Source: an uncultured Solirubrobacteraceae bacterium
Lineage (GTDB): Bacteria > Actinomycetota > Thermoleophilia > Solirubrobacterales > Solirubrobacteraceae
Length of the DNA stretch: 64,000 nucleotides
Assembly (NCBI GenBank): GCA_963782925.1
Contig: CAWALH010000002.1
Location: 14,106 to 78,105, forward strand
Direction: 5' to 3'
Within the stretch, counting starts at the first letter, position 1; the number at the start of each line of letters is the position of its first letter. Below the pieces are notes generated by a model that was not told the DNA's origin, did not search any database, and was given only the letters and a program-made list of their open reading frames with translations. Shown here piece after piece: positions 39,486-49,196 of this stretch. The translations under genes and the position numbers were made by a program.

Positions 39486-42400
39486 ATGTTCGTGGAGTCG
39501 GCATACAGGCGGAGGATCCGGTGGGCGACGGCGGCGGCCGTGCTGCTGGGAGCGATCGCGCTCCTGCTGCATTCGGCCGCACGGGCGCAGGCGATCCCTC
39601 CTTCGATCGTGATCGGCCTCAACGACGGCGCGGGCTGGGGCCCGCCCGACTCGACGAAGTTCCACGAACGCGGCTTCACCTCCGAGCGGCTCGAAGCCGG
39701 CGGCCCGAATACAAAAATCAAAGAATCGACCGAACTCGGCTGGGCCAACGACACCGTGATCGTCGGCAACACGCCCGACGAAACGCCGCTCAGCTCGATC
39801 AACGTCGCGACGTGGACGGGCGAAACGCTGGCGCAGATCAAAGAAGAGACCCCCTACGGCGTGACTCTGTTCGAGGTCGGCAACGAGATGTTCCTGAAGG
39901 GCCCGCGCTGCGGGGGCTGCTACCAGCAGAAGGAACCCGCGAAGTACGCCGAAATGTACGTCTCGCTCTCGAAAGCCGTCGAAAAAGAAGGCATCAGCGG
40001 GATCAAGCTGCTGTTCAACAGCTACGGCGACTACCAGCTCTCCGAAGGCGGCGGCTGGTCGCAGGTCTGCTGCGGCGGCGGCTGGCTGGCGACGGCCGAG
40101 AAAGCACAGCCGGAACTGCTCAAACGCGTCCAGGGCTTCACGATGCACCCGTACGGCGCGGCCGGTGAAAACAAAGAAAACGACTGGGGCCCGGGCGCGC
40201 TGAAAGTCGAGCACGAACAGGCCGTCTCGCTCGGCTTCGAACACACCAACTACTACGCGACCGAGTTCGGCATCAAGCTCGAAGAAGGCGGCGGCGACGG
40301 CTCGACGTCGAAGGCCAACCAGGCCGAAAAGATCGGCGCCGTCTACAGCGAACTCGCCGGCTTCGGCTATGTGAAGGGCATCTGGTACTACCAGTCGCAC
40401 GACGACGGCTCCGGCAAATGGGGCCTGATCGAACACCAGACCAGCGGCGAAAGCCCGTTCGAACCACGCCCGTCGCTCGAAACGGTCGCCAACTACGCGC
40501 TCACGTACGAGGGCCCGAACACGGAAGCCGCGACGGGCGTGAGCAACAGCGCCGCGACGCTGCACGGCAGCATCAACCCCGAAGGCAAGGAAACGCACTA
40601 CAAATTCGAATACGGCACGACGACGTCATACGGCTCGGTCGTGCCCGCGAGCGAACCGAGCATCGGGTCGGGGCTCAGCGGAGTCGAAGTGAGCCAGGCG
40701 ATCTCGGGCCTGTCCTCGTCGACGACCTATCACTACCGGCTCGTCGCCAACCGCGGCTCCTACTCGGTCAAGGGCCTCGACCACACGTTGACGACGACGT
40801 CGACATCGCCGCCGGCGAACACGGCGCCGCCGACGATCGCCTCGACCGTGCCGATCGTCGGCTACGGCGAGACTGCAAGCACCGGCACGTGGACGAACAG
40901 CCCGACGTCCTACGGCTACCAGTGGCAGCGCTGCAACGCCGCCGGCGGCGAATGCGCGAACATCTCCGGCGCGACGTCGGCGGCGTACACGCCGGTCGAA
41001 GCCGACGCGGAACACACGCTCGTCGTCGTCGTCACGGCGACGAACGCCGGCGGCTCGACTCCGGCGTCATCGGCCGCGACGAGCGTCGTCCGTCCGCACG
41101 TCTGGGGCACGATGCCGCCGCTGTACTCGAGCTCGTTCGGCAGCTTCGGCAGCGGCAGCGGACAGTTCAGCCACCCCGGCGACGTCGTCGTCGACGCGAA
41201 GGGGAACCTGTGGACGCTCGACGCCGAAAACAACCGCGTCGAGGAGTTCAACGAAAAAGGCGAATACGTCAAAGCGTTCGGCGCGGCGGGGTCGGGTAGC
41301 GGGCAGCTGAGCGGCGCGTCCGCGCTCGCGCTCGACGCGAGCGGCAACGTGTGGGTCGCCGACTCGGGCAACAACCGGATCGAGGAGTTCAACGAAAAAG
41401 GCGAATACGTGCGTGCGTTCGGCACGGTCGGCAGCGGCGCCGGGCAGGTCAAAAAACCCGAAGGCGTCGCCGTCGACGCGAAAGGCGAGGTGTGGGTCGC
41501 CGACACGTACAACAGCCGTATCGAGGTCTTCGGCGAAACCGGCGAATACCTCAAAACGGTCGGCTCGGAAGGCTCCGGCGAAGGTCAGATCGGCGAACCG
41601 CAGGACCTCGCGATCGACGTGAAAGGCAACGTCTGGGTGGCCGACTGGCCGAACAACCGCGTCGAGGAGTTCAACGAAAAAGGCGAATTCGTGAGGCAGT
41701 TCGGCTCGGCCGGCGCGGGCCTCGGACAGATCTCCCATCCGTACGGGATCGCGGTCGACGCGGCCGGCAGGGTGTGGGTCGCCGACAACGGCAACAACCG
41801 CGTCGACGTGTTCGGCGAAGCCGGCACGTTCCTCTACGCGTTCGGCTCCGCCGGGACCGGCGCGGGACAGCTGAAATTCAGCTGGCCGATCGGCGTGGCG
41901 GTCGACGGCAAGGGCAACGCATGGGTGACCGATCCGGGATCCAACCGGATCGAGAAGTGGGTCGCGCCGAGCTATCCGCCGTCGTATCTGAGCTCGTTCG
42001 GCAGCGCCGGCTCGGGCTCGGGTCAGTTCAACCACCCCGGCGCGGTCGCCGTCGACGCGAAGGGCAACTTGTGGGCGCTCGACGCGGGCAACAACCGCGT
42101 CCAGGAGTTCAACGAAAAAGGCGAATTCGTGAAAACGTTCGGCTCGGAAGGGACGGGCAACGGGCAGCTGAAAGCCGCGCGCGCGCTCGCCGTCGACGCC
42201 AAAGGCAACGTGTGGGTCGCCGACGCCGGCAACAACCGCGTCCAGGAGTTCAACGAAAAAGGCGAATTCGTGCGCGCCTTCGGGACGCTCGGCAGCGAAC
42301 CGGGCCAGATGGAAAAACCGGAAGGGATCGCGGTGGACGCCAAAGGCAACGCGTGGGTCGCCGACACCTACCACGGCCGCGTCGAGGTCTTCAACGAAAA

Positions 42401-42830
42401 AGGCGAATACGTCAAAACGGTCGGCTCGAAAGGGACCGGCGAAGGCCAGATCGGCGAACCGCAGAATCTCGCGATCGACGCGAGCGGCAACGTGTGGGTC
42501 GCCGACTGGCCGAACAACCGCGTCGAGGAGTTCAACGAAAAAGGCGAATTCGCGAGGCAGTTCGGCTCGGCCGGGAGCGGCAACGGGCAGCTGTCGCACC
42601 CCTACGGGATCGCCGTCGACGGCGGCCAGAACGTGTGGGTGCTCGACACGAGCAACGATCGCGTCGAGGTGTTCAACGCCAAAGGCGAATACCTCGCCAA
42701 GTTCGGCGCCGCCGGGTCCGGCGCGGGGCAGTTCAACTTCGCGTGGCCGATCGGCATCGCGATCAACAGCGCCGGCGACGCGTGGATCACCGACTCCGGC
42801 AACAACCGCATCGAGGAGTGGCAGCGATAG
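39486..42830 (+). CDS. Large secreted protein: clan GH-A-like TIM barrel, Ig/FN3-like domains and two NHL beta-propellers
   Basis: Signal peptide; FEVGNE, MHPYG, ATEFG; ATLHGSINP...YKFEYG; twelve PxGxAVDxxGNVWVADxxNNRV repeats. Confidence 0.85.
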   Translation: MFVESAYRRRIRWATAAAVLLGAIALLLHSAARAQAIPPSIVIGLNDGAGWGPPDSTKFHERGFTSERLEAGGPNTKIKESTELGWANDTVIVGNTPDETPLSSINVATWTGETLAQIKEETPYGVTLFEVGNEMFLKGPRCGGCYQQKEPAKYAEMYVSLSKAVEKEGISGIKLLFNSYGDYQLSEGGGWSQVCCGGGWLATAEKAQPELLKRVQGFTMHPYGAAGENKENDWGPGALKVEHEQAVSLGFEHTNYYATEFGIKLEEGGGDGSTSKANQAEKIGAVYSELAGFGYVKGIWYYQSHDDGSGKWGLIEHQTSGESPFEPRPSLETVANYALTYEGPNTEAATGVSNSAATLHGSINPEGKETHYKFEYGTTTSYGSVVPASEPSIGSGLSGVEVSQAISGLSSSTTYHYRLVANRGSYSVKGLDHTLTTTSTSPPANTAPPTIASTVPIVGYGETASTGTWTNSPTSYGYQWQRCNAAGGECANISGATSAAYTPVEADAEHTLVVVVTATNAGGSTPASSAATSVVRPHVWGTMPPLYSSSFGSFGSGSGQFSHPGDVVVDAKGNLWTLDAENNRVEEFNEKGEYVKAFGAAGSGSGQLSGASALALDASGNVWVADSGNNRIEEFNEKGEYVRAFGTVGSGAGQVKKPEGVAVDAKGEVWVADTYNSRIEVFGETGEYLKTVGSEGSGEGQIGEPQDLAIDVKGNVWVADWPNNRVEEFNEKGEFVRQFGSAGAGLGQISHPYGIAVDAAGRVWVADNGNNRVDVFGEAGTFLYAFGSAGTGAGQLKFSWPIGVAVDGKGNAWVTDPGSNRIEKWVAPSYPPSYLSSFGSAGSGSGQFNHPGAVAVDAKGNLWALDAGNNRVQEFNEKGEFVKTFGSEGTGNGQLKAARALAVDAKGNVWVADAGNNRVQEFNEKGEFVRAFGTLGSEPGQMEKPEGIAVDAKGNAWVADTYHGRVEVFNEKGEYVKTVGSKGTGEGQIGEPQNLAIDASGNVWVADWPNNRVEEFNEKGEFARQFGSAGSGNGQLSHPYGIAVDGGQNVWVLDTSNDRVEVFNAKGEYLAKFGAAGSGAGQFNFAWPIGIAINSAGDAWITDSGNNRIEEWQR

Positions 42831-42861
42831 CGCCATCCCGGCCGGCGGCTACGCTGGCCGG

Positions 42862-43611
42862 GTGCCGCTCCACCCGCTCGCCGAGCGCTTCCCGTCGGTC
42901 GTCGACGAGTACGAGCGCGGCCGTCCCGACTACCCGCCGGCGGTAGTCGGCGCGCTCGCCGCCGAGCTCGGACTGGCGCCGGGCGCGCGCGTGCTCGACC
43001 TCGCCGCCGGCACCGGCAAGCTGACGCGCGCGCTGCTCGCCGGCGGGCTCGACGTGCTCGCCGTCGAGCCGCAGGCGCCGCTGCGCGACGTGCTCGCCGC
43101 GAGCGTCGGCGCCGAGCGCGTGCGCGACGGCCTCGCCGAGGCGATCCCGCTGCAGGACGGCGCGGTCGACGCCGTGACCGTCTCGGACGCCTTCCACTGG
43201 TTCGACCACGCGCCCGCGCTCGCCGAGATCGCGCGCGTGCTGCGCCCCGGCGGCGGGCTGTGCGTCGTCTGGTCGATCCCCGACTGGGGCGCCGCCTCGT
43301 GGGCGCACGAGCTCGGCACGCTGCTCGCCGAGCTGCGCCCCGAGCATCCCGGCTTCGACGGGCCGCCGTGGCAGGACGCCGCCCGCGCGAGCGGCGCGTG
43401 GAGCGAGCCGCGCGAGATCCGCGTCACGGCCGCGCGTCCGGCGAGCCCCGAGCGGATCGTCGACCACATCGCGTCGATGAGCTGGGTCGCGGCGATGCCC
43501 GACGGCGAGCGCGCCGAGCGCCTCGCGCAGATGCGCGCGCTGATCGACGCCGGCGAGACGCCCGCCGAGCTGCCGGTCCACTTCCTGCTCGTCCTCAGCT
43601 CGCTGCTGTAG
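42862..43611 (+). CDS. Class I SAM-dependent methyltransferase
   Basis: YERGRPDYP, VLDLAAGTGKLT, AFHWFD, RVLRPGG. Confidence 0.92.
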   Translation: MPLHPLAERFPSVVDEYERGRPDYPPAVVGALAAELGLAPGARVLDLAAGTGKLTRALLAGGLDVLAVEPQAPLRDVLAASVGAERVRDGLAEAIPLQDGAVDAVTVSDAFHWFDHAPALAEIARVLRPGGGLCVVWSIPDWGAASWAHELGTLLAELRPEHPGFDGPPWQDAARASGAWSEPREIRVTAARPASPERIVDHIASMSWVAAMPDGERAERLAQMRALIDAGETPAELPVHFLLVLSSLL

Positions 43612-43718
43612 GCGCGACGCTCGGCCGCTCGGCGCCGCGCGCGACGCACGGCGATCTACGCCGACGGCTGCGGCGTTACCCGGAACGAGTCCCGCCGATC
43701 GGAACGTACGTTTCGTCG

Positions 43719-45050
43719 ATGAGACCGCTGACCGCGACGACCGCGCTGCTCGCGACGCTGCTCGCGCTGAGCGGCACGGCGCGCGCGGGCTGGTCGGCGC
43801 CGCGCCTGCTGTCGCGCGCGCACGCCTCGCCGTACGCGCTGACAACCGACGCCGTCGACGCCCGCGGCGACGCCGCCGTCGCGTGGGAGACGGTCGGGCG
43901 CTGGCCGCGCAGCTCGCACGGGCGGCGCTGCGCGCCCTCGCCTGCGCGCGAAGGCTGCTTCCCCGTCTCGACCGTGCATCTCGCCGTGCGCGGCGCCGAC
44001 GGGCGCGTGATCGAGCGCACGCCGTGGTCGAGCCGGATCGAGCCGACGATGCAGCTCTCGCTCGTGCTCGGCGCCGGGCGCGCGACGCTCGCATGGGGCT
44101 ACTGGAGCACGGCCGGCTCGGCGATCGTCACGGCGCGCCTCGCCTCGGGGCCGCTCTTCGGCCGCTGGCGGTCCTCGCGCGTGCTGGCGCGCTTTCGCCC
44201 GGCGCTCCCGTTCGGCGGATATCCGCAACTCGCGATCGCGCCGAGCGGCGAACTGCTCGCGACGTGGGAAGCGTGCCTCACCGAAGCGGGCTGCCCGACC
44301 GGCCGCACGGCCCTGTTCGTCGCGCGACGCCGCAGCGGTGGCGGCCAGTTCGACGCGCCCCAACTCGTCGCCGGCGCGCCGCGCGGCGCGCTCGCGCAGT
44401 TCGACGCGCGCGGCACGGCCTACCTCTCGAGCTCCTGCAGCGGACGCGTGCTGATCGCGCCGCCCGGCAGCCGCCGCTTCGGCCGCGCCGTCACGCTCAC
44501 GCGCGGCCCCGTCTCGCAGCTGACGCTGTCGCTCGCCGGCGCCGGACGTGGCCTCGCCGCGTGGGTCGCCGGCGAATGCTCCTACGACGAGGCCGTCCCC
44601 GATACGCCCGGCCCGGTCCTCTACAGCGCCCTGCGCGCCGGCGCGTTCAGCCCGCCGCGGACGCTCACGTCACCGACTGCGCAGGCCTTCTACAGCAGCG
44701 CCGTCGGCGTCGACGGCGGCGGCGTCGTCAGCTGGGCGGCCTACGAAGCGGCGGCGGCGTTCGCCGTGTTCAGCGCGCCGATCGGCGCCGACGGCCTCGC
44801 CGAAGCCACGCAGCACGGCGCGAGCGCGATCATCGCCGTCTGCGCCGACGCCGGCGGCGACCTCGTCTACTCGCGCCCGCCCGGCTCGGGTCCCACCCCG
44901 AGCGAAGTCTTCGTCAGGCGCGCGGGCGGCGCCGACGAACCGGCGCCCGCCGCATCCGGCGCCGTCGCCGCCGCGCCGTTCGGGCGCGCGATCGCGCTCG
45001 CGTACTACCCGAACGCGGCGACGCTCGAGCTGTCGCTCTGGCGGCCGTAG
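43719..45050 (+). CDS. Secreted hypothetical protein (probable beta-propeller)
   Basis: Signal peptide ending ARA-GW; repeated AVAW/ATW strands; TACGTT 6 nt before ATG. Confidence 0.65.
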   Translation: MRPLTATTALLATLLALSGTARAGWSAPRLLSRAHASPYALTTDAVDARGDAAVAWETVGRWPRSSHGRRCAPSPAREGCFPVSTVHLAVRGADGRVIERTPWSSRIEPTMQLSLVLGAGRATLAWGYWSTAGSAIVTARLASGPLFGRWRSSRVLARFRPALPFGGYPQLAIAPSGELLATWEACLTEAGCPTGRTALFVARRRSGGGQFDAPQLVAGAPRGALAQFDARGTAYLSSSCSGRVLIAPPGSRRFGRAVTLTRGPVSQLTLSLAGAGRGLAAWVAGECSYDEAVPDTPGPVLYSALRAGAFSPPRTLTSPTAQAFYSSAVGVDGGGVVSWAAYEAAAAFAVFSAPIGADGLAEATQHGASAIIAVCADAGGDLVYSRPPGSGPTPSEVFVRRAGGADEPAPAASGAVAAAPFGRAIALAYYPNAATLELSLWRP

Positions 45051-45178
45051 CCGCGGTCACGAATACGCAACAGCATCGTCACGCGACGGCAACGAGACGT
45101 CGCCACGGGCGGGGAAGGCTACGCGCGAGGCGCCGCGCCGCGGCGGGATCAGCGACATCGATCAAGGAGGAAGCACGC

Positions 45179-47146
45179 ATGCGACACAAGCGCATCGCGG
45201 GAGCGCTGCTGGCTGCGCTCGCCGTCTCGGGCGGAGGCGCACTCGCCGCCGAGTCGGCCTCGGCCGGCGCGGCACCGCCGACCAAGCAGCTCGCCAAAGC
45301 GACTGAACCGGCCACCACGACGCCGATCAAGCACGTCGTCATCATCTTCCAAGAGAACGTCTCGTTCGACCACTACTTCGGCACGTACCCGAACGCGGCG
45401 AACACCGACGGCCAGAAATTCAAGGCCGCCAAGGGCACGCCGGCGATCGACGGGCTGACCCCGGCGACCGACCCGTCGCTGCCGCCGAGCCTGCAGCACT
45501 CGACGAACCTGCTCTACAGCAACCCGAACGCCGCCAACCCGTATCGGCTCGACAGCAGCGCGACCGGACTGCCCGGCGACGCCGGCGGACAGCTGACGTG
45601 CGACCAGGACCACAACTACTCCGACGAGCAGCAGTCGTTCGACGGCGGCGCGATGGACCGCTTCGTGCAGAGCGTCGGCACCGGCGGCGGCAACACGCCG
45701 TTCGGCACGCCGTGCAACGCCAACAGCGTGATGGACTACTACGACGGCAACACGCTGCCGGCGCTGTGGAACTACGCGCAGCACTACTCGATGAGCGACA
45801 ACTCGTTCGGCACGACGTTCGGACCGTCGGCGCCGGGCGCGATCAACCTCGTCGCAGGCGACACCGGCGAAGTCGACACCGAACACCTCGCCAACAAACC
45901 GTCGATCGCGACCTCGACGGCGCCGAACGCCGACCTGACGGCAGACGGCCTCGGCGGCTACTCGCTGACCAGCGATGCGCAGCCGTATTGGGACGACTGC
46001 TCGACGCGCGACGCCGTCGCGCTGAAGGGCACGAACATCGGCGACGTGCTCAACTCCGCCGGCCTCTCGTGGGGCTGGTTCGAGGGCGGCCTGCGTCCGA
46101 GCACGACCTACCAGGAAGCGCTCACCGCGACCGGCAAAGCCGGCCAGCCGACGCGCACGTTCGAACCCGACGAGTTCTCGACGTACTTCGCCAACGCCGA
46201 ACACCGTCCGGCGCACTCGAGCAACCAGAACCTCTGCTCGGCCGTGCACCCGATCGGCGCCGCGCTCGGCGGCACCGGCCAGTGGGGCTACAAGGACGAC
46301 TACATCCCCCACCACGAGCCGTTCCAGTACTACGCCTCGACCGCCAACCCGCACCACCTGACGGTCCAGAGCAGCAGCGGCCAGGACACGCTCGCCGGGC
46401 TCGAATCGATCGGCAAGGACACGCAGTCCTACTCCGGCGGCGTGCCGCAGTTCAACACGCCCAACCACAACTACGACACGAGCGACTTCAGCCAGCTCGT
46501 CGAAGCGATCAGCCGGCGCGAACTGCCGGCCAGCGCGCTTCCGGCGGTCAGCTTCCTGAAGGCGCCCGGCTACCAGGACGGCCACGCCGCGTACTCCGAG
46601 CCGGCCGACGAGCAGCAGTTCATCACCACGCAGATCAACGCGCTGATGCGCTCGCCCGACTGGAAGAACACGGTCGTGATGGTCAACTACGACGACTCCG
46701 ACGGCTGGTACGACCACGTCTACAGCGGCGTCACCAACCCGTCGCTGTCGGTCGCCGACAACCTCACGAACACGTCGCTGACCGTGCCGAGCACCGGCAC
46801 GTCGGGGAAGTGCGGCGGCAGCCCGCAGGGCACGGCCGAAACGCCGACGCCGCTCGCCGGCGAGCAGGGTCGCTGCGGCTTCGGTCCGCGACTGCCGATG
46901 ATGGTGATCTCGCCGTACGCGAAGAAGAACGCCGTCGACCACAACCTGTCGGACCAGTCCTCGATGATCAACTTCGTCGAGCACAACTGGAGCCTGCCGG
47001 GCATTCCCGGCTCGTTCGATCAGGCGCTGGCCGACAAGGACGCCAGCGAGGGCGTTCCGTTCGACCTCGCCGGGCTGTTCGAATTCGAAGGCGCGAAAGA
47101 CGGCAAGCTGTTCCTCAACCCGACCACGGGTCAGAAGCAGGGCTAG
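45179..47146 (+). CDS. Secreted phosphoesterase (phospholipase C / AcpA acid phosphatase family)
   Basis: AAGGAGG RBS; PIKHVVIIFQENVSFDHYFG, GPSAPG, YDDSDGWYDHV, GFGPRLP. Confidence 0.92.
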   Translation: MRHKRIAGALLAALAVSGGGALAAESASAGAAPPTKQLAKATEPATTTPIKHVVIIFQENVSFDHYFGTYPNAANTDGQKFKAAKGTPAIDGLTPATDPSLPPSLQHSTNLLYSNPNAANPYRLDSSATGLPGDAGGQLTCDQDHNYSDEQQSFDGGAMDRFVQSVGTGGGNTPFGTPCNANSVMDYYDGNTLPALWNYAQHYSMSDNSFGTTFGPSAPGAINLVAGDTGEVDTEHLANKPSIATSTAPNADLTADGLGGYSLTSDAQPYWDDCSTRDAVALKGTNIGDVLNSAGLSWGWFEGGLRPSTTYQEALTATGKAGQPTRTFEPDEFSTYFANAEHRPAHSSNQNLCSAVHPIGAALGGTGQWGYKDDYIPHHEPFQYYASTANPHHLTVQSSSGQDTLAGLESIGKDTQSYSGGVPQFNTPNHNYDTSDFSQLVEAISRRELPASALPAVSFLKAPGYQDGHAAYSEPADEQQFITTQINALMRSPDWKNTVVMVNYDDSDGWYDHVYSGVTNPSLSVADNLTNTSLTVPSTGTSGKCGGSPQGTAETPTPLAGEQGRCGFGPRLPMMVISPYAKKNAVDHNLSDQSSMINFVEHNWSLPGIPGSFDQALADKDASEGVPFDLAGLFEFEGAKDGKLFLNPTTGQKQG

Positions 47147-47168
47147 ACCGCGGAAGAACCCGACGCGC

Positions 47169-47199
47169 AGGCCCGCGGCTCCCGGCGAGCCGCGGGCCT
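47169..47199 (+). terminator. 13-bp perfect hairpin after the phosphoesterase gene
   Basis: AGGCCCGCGGCTC-CCGGC-GAGCCGCGGGCCT. Confidence 0.65.
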
Positions 47200-47353
47200 C
47201 TCGCGCGTGTGGCGAGCGAGAGGCCCGGTCCGTGCTTTGCCACGCGCGAGCACGGGCTTGCACCGAAGGCGGCCGCGACGCCTCGACCTAACGTGTCCAG
47301 ACAGCCCGCCGACTGACACGCAGTCGGCCTTCCCTCGACGAACGGAGAGAGCA

Positions 47354-48451
47354 ATGAAGGCGCTCGTCTACCACGGTCCCGAACAGCGCGGCTGGGACAC
47401 CGTCGATGACCCGGCGATCGTCGACGCGACCGACGCGATCGTCCGCATCGACAGCTCGACGATCTGCGGCACCGACCTGCACATCCTCAAAGGCGACGTC
47501 CCCGAGACGACGCCCGGCACCGTCCTCGGCCACGAGGCCGTCGGCACCGTGCAGGAGGTCGGCGCGAGCGTCACGACCGTCGCGCCCGGCGATCGCGTGC
47601 TCGTCTCGTGCATCAGCTCGTGCGGGCGCTGCCGCTACTGCAAGGAACGCCGCTACGGCCAGTGCCTCGGCGGCGGGGGCTGGATCTTCGGCCACCTGAT
47701 CGACGGGCTGCAGGCCGAGTACGCGCGCGTGCCGTTCGCCGACAACTCCGTCTACAAGGTGCCCGCGCAGCTCAGCGACGAGCAGGTGCTGTTCCTCGCC
47801 GACATCCTCCCCACCTCATACGAGGTCGGCGTGCTCAACGGCGCGATCGCCCCCGGCGACACCGTCGCGATCGTCGGCGCCGGCCCGATCGGCCTCGCCG
47901 CGATCCTCACCGCCAAGCTCTACACGCCCGGGCACATCGTCGCGATCGACCTCGCCGACAGCCGTCTGCAGAGCGCGCGGCGCTTCGGCGCCGACGTGAC
48001 GATCGACAACGGCTCCGAAGACGCCGTCGCGAAGGTCATGGAGCTGACCGACGGCCTCGGCGCCGACGTCGCGATGGAGGCCGTCGGCGTGCCCGACACG
48101 TTCGAGCTCGCCGCCGAGCTGATCCGCCCCGGCGGGCGCGTCGCCAACATCGGCGTCCACGGCAAGGCCGCCTCGCTTCACCTCGAGAAGCTCTGGATTC
48201 GCGACGTCACCGTCACGACCGGCCTCGTCGACACGTTCAGCATCCCCCAGCTGATGCGCCTGATCGAGAGCGGACGGCTCGACCCGACGCTGTTCGCCAC
48301 CCACCGCTTCGCGCTCGGCGACACGATGGACGCGTACGACACGTTCGCCGACGCCGCCACGACCAACGCGTTGAAGGTCGTGCTGCAGGGGTCCGACGGC
48401 GCGAGGAGCGAGCGCTCGGCCGAGCGCGTCGGGGCGCTGGCCGGGGCGTGA
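47354..48451 (+). CDS. Zinc-dependent alcohol dehydrogenase family protein
   Basis: ICGTDLH, GHE, CGRCRYC...C, GAGPIG. Confidence 0.93.
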   Translation: MKALVYHGPEQRGWDTVDDPAIVDATDAIVRIDSSTICGTDLHILKGDVPETTPGTVLGHEAVGTVQEVGASVTTVAPGDRVLVSCISSCGRCRYCKERRYGQCLGGGGWIFGHLIDGLQAEYARVPFADNSVYKVPAQLSDEQVLFLADILPTSYEVGVLNGAIAPGDTVAIVGAGPIGLAAILTAKLYTPGHIVAIDLADSRLQSARRFGADVTIDNGSEDAVAKVMELTDGLGADVAMEAVGVPDTFELAAELIRPGGRVANIGVHGKAASLHLEKLWIRDVTVTTGLVDTFSIPQLMRLIESGRLDPTLFATHRFALGDTMDAYDTFADAATTNALKVVLQGSDGARSERSAERVGALAGA

Positions 48452-48455
48452 GCGG

Positions 48456-49184
48456 CTATTTCTTCGCGCTCTTGCCGGACGCGAGCGGCGCCAGGCAGCT
48501 TTTCGCCGGATGCCCCTTCGTGCCGCTCGAGCACGGCAGCGCGCCGCCGCCCTTGCCCTCGACCTCGGTCAGCAGGAACGTGCTCGGCGTGTGCGGGAAG
48601 CTGTCGACCGGGCCGTAGCCGATCACGACGCTGTCGTTGTTCTGCAGCACGTACGCCGCCGGGTCGTGCAGCGGGCGGCCGTTGACGTAGAAGTGCAGCT
48701 TGTCGCCGCCGTGTCCCGTCAGGCCGCCGAGCTGCGCCGGGCCGAACTTGACGCCCCACACGTCGAAGAAGTCGCCGAGCGTGTACTTGAACGGATGCGG
48801 CGCCTCCATGTGGATCACGCCGGTCGTGTCGTGCGTGTGCATGCTCGACTCGACGCCGTGCGCCGGATCGAGCCCGATCTGCGCGGCGACCGGCACGAGC
48901 AGGCCGTTGACGTAGATGTGCAGCAGCGCGTGGTGGTGGAACGTCTCCTTGCCGCCCGGCGGCAGGCCGAGCAGCTTCAGCCGCTGCGCGAGATGCGCGT
49001 ATTCCGGCCGCCACGCCTGCTGCGCCACCTGCGCGGCGCTGCCCGCCGGCACGCCTTCCTGCAGACCCGGCCCGGAGATCGACAGGCCGGGCGGCGTGCT
49101 GCTCGCGCTCGAGCCGCACGCGGCGAGGCCGAGCGTCGACGCCGCGGCGAGAAGCAGGACGATCGGCTTTCCTCGGCGCGCCAC
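48456..49184 (-). CDS. Lipoprotein with a His-rich putative metal-binding domain
   Basis: Lipobox LAAC; HHHALLHIYVNG, MHTHDTTGVIHME, YTLGDFF. Confidence 0.8.
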   Translation of the reverse strand: MARRGKPIVLLLAAASTLGLAACGSSASSTPPGLSISGPGLQEGVPAGSAAQVAQQAWRPEYAHLAQRLKLLGLPPGGKETFHHHALLHIYVNGLLVPVAAQIGLDPAHGVESSMHTHDTTGVIHMEAPHPFKYTLGDFFDVWGVKFGPAQLGGLTGHGGDKLHFYVNGRPLHDPAAYVLQNNDSVVIGYGPVDSFPHTPSTFLLTEVEGKGGGALPCSSGTKGHPAKSCLAPLASGKSAKK

Positions 49185-49196
49185 GGTGCCGTCAGC

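Noticed and set aside
41100-42830. Regularly spaced near-identical DNA repeats (AACAACCGCGTCGAGGAGTTCAACGAAAAAGGCGAA) resembling a CRISPR or DGR array
   Set aside because: They are in-frame NHL blades within one CDS; no cas or reverse transcriptase gene is present.
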